From: Candidatus Bathyarchaeia archaeon
GTDB lineage: Archaea > Thermoproteota > Bathyarchaeia > Bathyarchaeales > Bathycorpusculaceae
Assembly (NCBI GenBank): GCA_050010515.1
Contig: JBEKKX010000034.1
Coordinates: 1 to 27,133, forward strand
Direction: 5' to 3'
DNA: 27,133 bases
Position numbers and translations under genes: made by a program. Below, piece by piece: positions 17,543-24,638 of this stretch; positions within the stretch are counted from its first letter, which is position 1, and the number at the start of each line of letters is the position of its first letter. The notes under the pieces were generated by a model that was given only the letters and a program-made list of their open reading frames with translations, did not search any database and had not been told where the DNA came from.

Positions 17543-18319
17543 GTGATTGTCATGGATATTCTTGAAGTCAAAGATTTGGCTGTTAAGGTTGAGGGAAAGT
17601 CTATTCTCAAAGGCGTGACTTTCAGCCTTAAAAGCAGCGAGAGTCACATTCTTTTCGGACCGAATGGTTCAGGAAAAACGACCCTCATAAGTGCAATTAT
17701 GGGTCTTCCAACTTACGAAGCAACTTCAGGAACAATCTTGTTCAATGGAACCGACATTACCACCAAGACTGTGGAGGAAAGGGCGAAACTTGGAATGGCT
17801 GTCAGCTTCCAAAATCCTCCTGAAATCACCGGCGTGAAGCTCGTGGACTTATTGAAGCTGTGTCTTGGCAAGAAAACGGAGGATCCGTTCAGCGCAGAAG
17901 AACAGCGGCTTATTGAAGCCTTCAGATTAACAGACTTCTTGAACAGGGACCTCAACGTTGGCTTCTCCGGCGGCGAAAGAAAACGCTCCGAAATTCTTCA
18001 GTTGATTTTCCTTAAACCCAAACTTCTCCTATTGGACGAGCCGGACTCGGGCGTAGACGTAGAAAGCCTGAAGCTCATTGCCACTGAAATCCAGCGTTAC
18101 GTAGAAAGCAGCGGAAGCTCAGCTTTGGTGATAACTCACAAAGGCGATATACTGGAGTATATTAAAGCGAAGTATGGATGCGTTCTTTTAGACGGCCAGT
18201 TTCACTGCTACACTCACCCCATGAGAATATATGAGGACATTAAGAAGGTCGGTTACGAAGAATGCGTAGCCTGCAGAAGAAGAACAGTCGGAGGCTGGAA
18301 AACTGACAAAAGAGAGTGA
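17543..18319 (+). CDS. sufC: Fe-S assembly ABC ATPase SufC/SmsC
   Basis: GPNGSGKT, FQNPP, GFSGGERKRSE, LLDEPDSGVD and C-terminal ECVAC. Confidence 0.93.
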   Translation: MIVMDILEVKDLAVKVEGKSILKGVTFSLKSSESHILFGPNGSGKTTLISAIMGLPTYEATSGTILFNGTDITTKTVEERAKLGMAVSFQNPPEITGVKLVDLLKLCLGKKTEDPFSAEEQRLIEAFRLTDFLNRDLNVGFSGGERKRSEILQLIFLKPKLLLLDEPDSGVDVESLKLIATEIQRYVESSGSSALVITHKGDILEYIKAKYGCVLLDGQFHCYTHPMRIYEDIKKVGYEECVACRRRTVGGWKTDKRE

Positions 18320-18320
18320 A

Positions 18321-19427
18321 TTGACAAAAGTTCCGCACAAAATTCTTGAAGAAGCACAAAAGGCTGGCATTGAACCAAACGTCAAGAACCGTTCAGGCAC
18401 CTATTTCCACCTGAACCAAACAACCGTCCAGACAGCGGTCAATCAGCTTTTCGAAGGAAAAATCGAGCTATTGGACATTAAAGATGCCCTGAAAAAGTAC
18501 TCTTGGCTTAACGATTATATGTGGAAAATAGTTGACAAGAACAAGGACGAGTACACTAAAAGAGTGGCTGAAGACTACAGCGGAGGTTACTTCATTCGGA
18601 TTCTTCCAGGCGCCGAAGTGGCGTTTCCTCTCCAATCATGCCTCATGATCACGCAGAAGAATCTTGAACAACGAGTGCACAACATCATAATCGCCGAGGA
18701 AGACTCAAACGCACACATAATCACCAGTTGCCTTCAGCACTCAACAGTTGAAAACGCATCGCACTTGGGCATATCCGAAATCTACGTCAAAAAAGGCGCT
18801 ATGCTCAACTTCACGATGATCCACCAATGGAGCGAGAACACTTTTGTGCGACCTAGAAGCGTCGCCGAAATAGCTGACAAGGCCACATTCGTGTCGAACT
18901 ACGTATGCATGCGCCCCGTCAGGGACATTCAAATGTATCCTGCGGCGTATTGCAAAGGCGACGACTCGCGGGTAAGCTTCAACAGCATCTTGTATGGGCA
19001 CAAAAACTCGCAGTTGGACATTGGGTCCAAGGCTGTTCTGACTGGAAAAGGAAGTAAGGCAGAGATGATTAGCCGCGCCATCTCCCGTGAGGGCTCAAAA
19101 ATGACCATCAGAGGTTTAATAGAAGGTGACAGTTCGGACTGCAAGGGCCATTTAGAGTGTCGTGGCTTGCTTATGGATGACGCATCGTTCATGGAATCCA
19201 TACCTGAACTAATCGCAAAAAGGAAGGGCGTAGAGATAACCCATGAGGCGGCGGTGGGAAAAATCTCGGAGAAAGAAATTACCTATCTTATGACACGAAA
19301 ACTATCGCGCGACCAAGCCGTTTCGCTGATCATACGCGGTTTCATGGATGTAGGCATACTTGGCCTGCCAGACACTCTTAATGCAGAGATCAAGAAAATA
19401 GTAGAAGCCTCTACAGAAAACACATAG
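18321..19427 (+). CDS. sufB: Fe-S scaffold SufB/SufD-family protein (SmsB)
   Basis: PLQSCL, QRVHNIIIAEE, GHLECRGL, PEL, THEAAVGKI, YLMTR and IIRGF. Confidence 0.93.
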   Translation: MTKVPHKILEEAQKAGIEPNVKNRSGTYFHLNQTTVQTAVNQLFEGKIELLDIKDALKKYSWLNDYMWKIVDKNKDEYTKRVAEDYSGGYFIRILPGAEVAFPLQSCLMITQKNLEQRVHNIIIAEEDSNAHIITSCLQHSTVENASHLGISEIYVKKGAMLNFTMIHQWSENTFVRPRSVAEIADKATFVSNYVCMRPVRDIQMYPAAYCKGDDSRVSFNSILYGHKNSQLDIGSKAVLTGKGSKAEMISRAISREGSKMTIRGLIEGDSSDCKGHLECRGLLMDDASFMESIPELIAKRKGVEITHEAAVGKISEKEITYLMTRKLSRDQAVSLIIRGFMDVGILGLPDTLNAEIKKIVEASTENT

Positions 19428-19510
19428 TAGCGCATGGTAGTTTAGTCAAATAAAAAAGCGAGCAATAAATGAGTAGAGTGTCTTGCGCAACAATTTTGCG
19501 CTTTGGTGCT

Positions 19511-19549
19511 TCAACTTGTTATCCAACCGTATGAGTCTATAAGTATCAA
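19511..19549 (-). pseudogene. Truncated VapC toxin remnant
   Basis: A TTG overlapping the antitoxin stop (TTGA) reads MILIDSYGWITS*, the typical first PIN strand with its catalytic Asp, then stops. Confidence 0.7.
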
Positions 19550-19755
19550 AAACGGTCCTCTTCATCTCTTAACTGAGTGGCATCTATTCCTTTTAGGAAT
19601 CCTCTCATTTCTCTTATTGGCTTTTGAGGAATCAGGTGAATTACGCCATCTTTTTCGATAACGACGATTTTCTGCCCTGGCTTCAAATCCACTTTTTCCC
19701 TAACATTTTGAGGAATTACTATTTGATATTTCGAAGAAAGTATTACCGTATCCAT
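19546..19755 (-). CDS. AbrB/MazE/SpoVT-family antitoxin (orphan)
   Basis: LSSKYQIVIPQNVREKVDLKPGQ and MRGFLKG...RDEEDR. Confidence 0.92.
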   Translation of the reverse strand: MDTVILSSKYQIVIPQNVREKVDLKPGQKIVVIEKDGVIHLIPQKPIREMRGFLKGIDATQLRDEEDRF

Positions 19756-19793
19756 ATTGATACATCTAAAGTATGACGGAGTAGCTATCGATA
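19737..19793 (-). promoter_or_regulatory. 31-bp-period imperfect direct repeat over the antitoxin start
   Basis: AAAGTATTAC (19737) / AAAGTATGAC (19768) and TATTGATA (19755) / TATCGATA (19786). Confidence 0.5.
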
Positions 19794-19834
19794 TTAAGTT
19801 TTTTCCATTAATGTTTTAAAAACCAAAAATGAAA

Positions 19835-19966
19835 TGGCGCCCAGGCCGGGATTTGGACCCGGATCAGGTCACGATTTTTTTCGTGGTGTCCTGCGGGCGA
19901 CAGCCGCATATACTATTTCGGCAACATGAAAGAATTCATGCTGAAACCGGACTATACTACCTGGGC
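19835..19966 (-). tRNA. tRNA-Asp(GUC) with two non-canonical introns and encoded CCA
   Basis: Acceptor stem GCCCAGG/CCTGGGC+G+CCA; anticodon arm TGCGG-CTGTCGC-CCGCA; T arm CCGGG-TCCAAAT-CCCGG. Inserts of about 29 nt (19944-19916, D-loop) and 25 nt (19887-19863, variable/T junction) fold as BHB-like motifs; removing them gives a 78-nt cloverleaf. Confidence 0.92.
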
Positions 19967-20130
19967 TATCTGTATGATGGCCTAAGCGCCGCATGAATAC
20001 ACGATAATTTAACTAATTAATCTTTTCTCGGAAATGATGTTGAACAGTTTGTTAGAAAACCTCTCTCTCAGCTTGCTGTCTTTAAAAGGTGAATTAGCGG
20101 CAATTTTAATATGCCACAGGTTATTTACTG

Positions 20131-22059
20131 TTGAAATTGAGGGTGGGTGAGAGGGTAATAAAGAGCACTGATTACTCGGCGGTTCTGCAAAAATACTGGA
20201 TCGCAATCTTGCTATTGCTGCTGGCTTTGGCGTCGTTTCCCTCCGTTTACGTCGCTCTCTTAACCGCGTTAATCTTCACTTTTCTGGTTCCAGGCTTGAT
20301 TTTCTACCGGTTTTTCTCGTTGAAATCTCATGAAATATGGGCTTTTGTGCCTATTTTCAGCGTTTTAGTCTCTGTCCAACTAATATACTATTTATCGTTG
20401 GCGTTTGGATACTCACGGGACATAATTCTCTTGAGCTTTCTCGCTTTAGTGGCAGTCTACGCGCTAGTGGTTTACAAGAAGGGCGAACCATTGAAGCCTC
20501 CAAAATTTCTCAAACTAAAACAGATTAAGAAAACAAGTCTTCTACTTTTCACCATAATTTTCCTCATTTCCCTTGTTGTTCTGGTCAAGAGCGTGTGGGT
20601 TGGCAATCAGTATGGCATAGTTTTAACTGGCTCTAACTGGCAGGACACGCCGTTGCATTATGAGATAATTGAGAGTATAAACAACGGTAATTTTCCGCCA
20701 CAAATGCCCAATTTTGCAGGGCAGCTGGAGACTTATCATTACTTTATTGATTTTCACACAGCCATCATAGAGAAGGGTTATGGTTATTTGCCGACGCTTC
20801 TGCCCGTTTTAAACGCGATTTTCATACTTGTTTTTGCCCTCGCAATTTACGCTTTGGCAAGGCCGAATGGAAGGCGCGCCGCAATAATTGCCACTGTCAT
20901 TGCCACGTTCGGTTGGGGTTTGAGCTACTTTGGGCTTTTTTCCGCGTTGTTCACCGGATCGTTTAATGTGAACACAAATTACATTTACCAGTATGGTGGC
21001 ACGTTTGGTTTGCCCTCGATATTTGATAATTTGCTGCAGCAAAGACCGCTTCTGATGGGGTTGCCCGCGTTTGCGTTTGTTTTAGCTTTGTTATGGAACA
21101 TGGATGACAAAAAAAGAATACTGTTAGCTGGAATCATCACTGGTTTAGTGTTCGAATTTCATAATGTGGCGTTCTTGTGTTGCTATGTCGCCTTCTTTGT
21201 CGCCATTTTATTTAACTTTAAACGCTCCAACATTAGAAGTTGCCTGTACTTTTTGGTGCCAAGTGTCTTCGCGTTGCCTTTTATTTTGCACAATGGGCCT
21301 CCACTATCAATTTCGCTGAGCCTTGTTTGGATAGCTAATTTCGCGAAGGACCCGTTTACTTATTACTTTTTAAACTTGGGCATCCCCTTCGTTATAGCTA
21401 TTGTTTCTTTTGTGAAACCTGGAAACGAGCTTCTGAAAGGAACGTTTCTCTTGTTATTCCTACTGCCCAACATTCTTTTGTTGACGCCTAACCCGTGGGA
21501 CATGTACAAATTCTTCATTTTCGCGTGGATTCCAATAGCCGTACTGGCCGGCGTAATGTTGGCTAAGACAAGAAAAGTCCTCCTTTTAACGCTGGTTTTG
21601 CTTTGTATTCTGACTTCAGCAAGCGTTATCATCTATAATGTTGGAACAAATTATACAGCGGCAAGCTGGAGTGAATATCAGCTTGGGCTTTGGGTGCGGA
21701 ATAACACGCCTGAGCGTTCTGTCTTTTTAACGTATTATTCTATTCACTCGCCTCCAGCGTTTATTGGCGGTAGATTGACAGTGTCATCTTACATAAATTG
21801 GCCTTACGGACAAGGAGTACCGCTTAGTGAAATTAACAAAAGAGACGCTGAAATTGATAGCGCATATAACGGCAATGTAACAGAGTTAAAGCAGGTTATA
21901 CTTGAGTACAATGTTACATACGTGTACGTGGGGGTTGATGAGCTGAACCATTATCCTGGTTGCACGGCAAGATTCGATAATATAACTTGGTTGACGCCAG
22001 TTTACACCAACCAAAACCTAAAGATATACCAAGTAAATTTAGCCCAGATGGGCACTTAA
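20131..22059 (+). CDS. Large multi-TM membrane protein, probable GT-C fold glycosyltransferase
   Basis: Many TM segments; external loop NWQDTPLH...NFPP...YHYFID; C-terminal soluble domain (WVRNNTPERSVFLT...GGR...YNVTYVYVG). Start uncertain. Confidence 0.7.
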   Translation: MKLRVGERVIKSTDYSAVLQKYWIAILLLLLALASFPSVYVALLTALIFTFLVPGLIFYRFFSLKSHEIWAFVPIFSVLVSVQLIYYLSLAFGYSRDIILLSFLALVAVYALVVYKKGEPLKPPKFLKLKQIKKTSLLLFTIIFLISLVVLVKSVWVGNQYGIVLTGSNWQDTPLHYEIIESINNGNFPPQMPNFAGQLETYHYFIDFHTAIIEKGYGYLPTLLPVLNAIFILVFALAIYALARPNGRRAAIIATVIATFGWGLSYFGLFSALFTGSFNVNTNYIYQYGGTFGLPSIFDNLLQQRPLLMGLPAFAFVLALLWNMDDKKRILLAGIITGLVFEFHNVAFLCCYVAFFVAILFNFKRSNIRSCLYFLVPSVFALPFILHNGPPLSISLSLVWIANFAKDPFTYYFLNLGIPFVIAIVSFVKPGNELLKGTFLLLFLLPNILLLTPNPWDMYKFFIFAWIPIAVLAGVMLAKTRKVLLLTLVLLCILTSASVIIYNVGTNYTAASWSEYQLGLWVRNNTPERSVFLTYYSIHSPPAFIGGRLTVSSYINWPYGQGVPLSEINKRDAEIDSAYNGNVTELKQVILEYNVTYVYVGVDELNHYPGCTARFDNITWLTPVYTNQNLKIYQVNLAQMGT

Positions 22060-22074
22060 GAGCTTAACCAGCAA

Positions 22075-22349
22075 ATGTCCCTTGTTTTCGTTTTACCGAA
22101 GACGTGAAACAAAAGTTGCTAAAGGTAGCTTCTGAGCTTCAACTTAAGCTAGGCCGTCGGGTGGATCTTAACGAGGCTTTGCGCTTCTTAGTCGATAAGC
22201 GGAAAAAAAGCGTTCAGTTGCTTGAAGAGTCGTGTAAACCAATAATCGGAGATAAAGAAGCGCTTGAAGAATTGCAAATGGAGCGAAAACATGACGAAAT
22301 TAGATTGAAAGAAAAATTGGCAATAGACACTAGCGCGTTAATATTGTAG
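22075..22349 (+). pseudogene. Decayed VapB-type antitoxin fused to a VapC N-terminal remnant
   Basis: ATG 22075 is out of frame with RFTEDVKQKLLKVASELQLKLGRRVDLNEALRFL (RHH-like), implying a frameshift. The ORF ends LAIDTSALIL*, the first PIN strand. Confidence 0.65.
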
Positions 22350-22444
22350 TTTTAGCGTATTTTGTTAACCGTAAATGAAAAGCAATATGTTATAAGTAAA
22401 TTTCAATAATTGTGTAATTGTCTACTTCATAAGGAGACGCAAAC

Positions 22445-23869
22445 TTGAAGGCGACGTTAGCAGTTGCGTTTATTGTCATTTTGTGTTTATCAATGTTCTC
22501 AGCATTGGCGCCAAAGGTGATAGCTCAGCAATCTTCCGCGAACTGGCCAATGTTCCACGCGGATCCGTCTCACAGCGGCGTTGGCACAGGCAATCCAGTG
22601 CTTACTCCCACCCTGCTCTGGAATTACACCACTGGCGGCGGGATTGGTTCGTCTCCTGCTGTTGTCGGCGGCGTAGTCTACATAGGCTCATACGACGGTA
22701 AAGTTTATGCTTTGAACGCTGCCAGCGGCATCCAACTCTGGAATTACACTGCGGGCGCCACTGTTGAGTCGTCTCCTGCTGTTGTCAACGGCGTAGTCTA
22801 CATAGGCTCAGAAGTCTCCACTGTTTTAAATGGCAATTATTTTGGCAGCGTTTATGCTTTGAACGCTACCAACGGCAACAAACTCTGGAATTACACCACC
22901 GGCAACTATTATAACTATGTTGAGTCGTCTCCTACTGTTGTCAACGGCGTAGTCTACATAGGCTCCAGTGAGGGTATAACGCCTGAACCGCCAACATTCG
23001 CTAGCGTAGGCAACGTTTATGCTTTGAACGCAACCAACGGAGCCAAACTCTGGAATTACACTACCGGCAGCAATGTTGATTCTTCTCCTGCTCTTGTCGG
23101 CGGCGTAGTCTACGTAGGCTCAGGTAACGGTAACGTTTATGCTTTGAACGCTTCTAGCGGCGAGAAACTTTGGATTTACACTACCAACGGCTGGGTTGAT
23201 TCGTCTCCTGCTGTTGTCGACGGCGTAGTCTACGTAGGCTCATTTGACAGCAACGTTTATGCTTTGAACGCTTCTAGCGGCGCCAAACTCTGGATTTACA
23301 CTACTGGCGCCCCTGTTTTTTCGTCTCCTGCCGTTGTCAACAACGTAGTCTACGTAGGCTCCTTAAATGGTAACGTTTATGCTTTGAACGCTACCAACAG
23401 CCACAAACTCTGGAATTACACCACCGGCGGGACTCAGTCGTCTCCTGCTGTTGTCGGCGGCGTAGTCTACGTAGGTTCAGGCGCCAGCTTTTATGCTTTG
23501 AACGCTTCTAGCGGCGCCAAACTCTGGAATTACACCACTGGCTATGCCTTGTCGTCTCCTGCTGTTGTCAACGGCGTAGTCTACATAGGCTCACTTGACG
23601 ATAATGTTTATGCTTTGGGTGGTTCATCTACGTCATCTGACACCTTATTAATTATAATTGGGGTGGTAGTTGCGGTCGTTATTATTGCAGCAGTGGTTTT
23701 CTTAATGTTTCGAAAGAGATTGAAAACTAAGCCGACAAGTCCAGCGTCTCCACCACAGAACTCTAGCTCAGCTTCCTCTTTTCAAATATCTCAAAGGTTA
23801 GCGGAAATAAGACTAAAAGGAAGCTTCAGCTACTTGATTTTGATTTTAATAACTCGCAAAAACGTTTAA
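22445..23869 (+). CDS. Secreted, C-terminally membrane-anchored 8-bladed PQQ-like (BamB-type) beta-propeller protein
   Basis: Signal peptide, WPMFHADPSHSG cap, eight SSPAVV.GVVY.GS...VYALNA..G..LW.YTT repeats, Ser/Thr linker, TM helix and KR stop-transfer; AAGGAG upstream of the TTG start. Confidence 0.92.
   Translation: MKATLAVAFIVILCLSMFSALAPKVIAQQSSANWPMFHADPSHSGVGTGNPVLTPTLLWNYTTGGGIGSSPAVVGGVVYIGSYDGKVYALNAASGIQLWNYTAGATVESSPAVVNGVVYIGSEVSTVLNGNYFGSVYALNATNGNKLWNYTTGNYYNYVESSPTVVNGVVYIGSSEGITPEPPTFASVGNVYALNATNGAKLWNYTTGSNVDSSPALVGGVVYVGSGNGNVYALNASSGEKLWIYTTNGWVDSSPAVVDGVVYVGSFDSNVYALNASSGAKLWIYTTGAPVFSSPAVVNNVVYVGSLNGNVYALNATNSHKLWNYTTGGTQSSPAVVGGVVYVGSGASFYALNASSGAKLWNYTTGYALSSPAVVNGVVYIGSLDDNVYALGGSSTSSDTLLIIIGVVVAVVIIAAVVFLMFRKRLKTKPTSPASPPQNSSSASSFQISQRLAEIRLKGSFSYLILILITRKNV
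22616..23617 (+). repeat. Intragenic tandem repeat array, 8 units of 114-156 bp
   Basis: TC(G/T)TCTCCT-led units start at 22649, 22769, 22925, 23081, 23201, 23321, 23438 and 23552. Confidence 0.97.
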
Positions 23870-23920
23870 AATATCAGTCTGAAGCCTAATTTAACTGTTC
23901 AGGCAATTTTTTTGTTTCGT

Positions 23921-24409
23921 TTAACTGCTCGTTTTCGGGCTCTGATGCTTCTTACCTGACATGTAATCGATGTCTATTCTGCCCATCGTTGTTTTCTCAA
24001 GCTTTTCAGGCCTAATCTTAGCAAGCCTTGCCTCGGGATTAATTGAAACCTGCCGCACCAAAACTTCAATGGCATGCTGCTTCTCTGCTAAATCGTCGAT
24101 TAGGTGCATTTTGCCTGAGAAATGGACAGAAGTGTAATTGTAATCACACTCGTCGGTAATGCCAAAATCCTGCACTGCCTGCCCCCACACCTTATTGTTC
24201 GCTTTTAGGTAAACGAGTTTTTTGCCTTCTGGTGCGCAGTGAAAGTACAGGCAATTCTTGGTTTCGTCATAGCCATGGTTTAATGCGACAAGGTAAGGCT
24301 CATTCTTCATGCAGAGGGCAACAGTAACGTATTTTGTGGTTTTTAGTACTTGCCGTAACTCGTTTGGATCAGTGATTTCTCGGTCTTTACGTCTAACATG
24401 AAAAGACAT
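23921..24409 (-). CDS. Pyridoxamine 5'-phosphate oxidase-like flavin-binding protein (NimA family)
   Basis: RRKDREI, PYLVALNHGY, LYFHCAPEGKK, YTSVHFSG and MSGKK; likely start 24409. Confidence 0.9.
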   Translation of the reverse strand: MSFHVRRKDREITDPNELRQVLKTTKYVTVALCMKNEPYLVALNHGYDETKNCLYFHCAPEGKKLVYLKANNKVWGQAVQDFGITDECDYNYTSVHFSGKMHLIDDLAEKQHAIEVLVRQVSINPEARLAKIRPEKLEKTTMGRIDIDYMSGKKHQSPKTSS

Positions 24410-24638
24410 GCTTCCCAAGTAAGCAACCAAAACAATATTAACCTTTAACCTTGAGAGCTCGCCCAAACAGCTAAAGCGGCAAAAAATGTGCATGAGCGGT
24501 TAAACATACAAGCCTAAACCAAGTTAGCGCTCAGCAATGCTTAATATTCAAATAAGAGGATTGGGTCTGGTAAGTTAGGCATCAATTTGAGGAAGTGAGA
24601 TTATTAGTAAAGAATTATTTGATGTTGAGAAAACAGTA

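Noticed and set aside
19737-19777. Second NikR site (AAAGTATTAC matches the operator half-site)
   Set aside because: The copies are direct repeats with no inverted partner at NikR spacing.
19835-19860. att site of an integrated element at tRNA-Asp
   Set aside because: No duplicate of the tRNA 3' end and no integrase seen in the window.
977-21632. Many antisense or alternate-frame ORFs nested in called genes (e.g. 1780-2127, 6825-7157, 9888-10337, 11389-11688)
   Set aside because: Shadow ORFs of well-supported genes, with no independent motifs.
22616-23617. CRISPR array (repeat/spacer-like alternation)
   Set aside because: Two alternating repeat types, all inserts multiples of 3, lies within an intact ORF with signal peptide and TM anchor, and no cas genes nearby.
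22616-23617. Diversity-generating retroelement target
   Set aside because: No reverse transcriptase or template repeat in the window; variation includes indels and is not adenine-specific.
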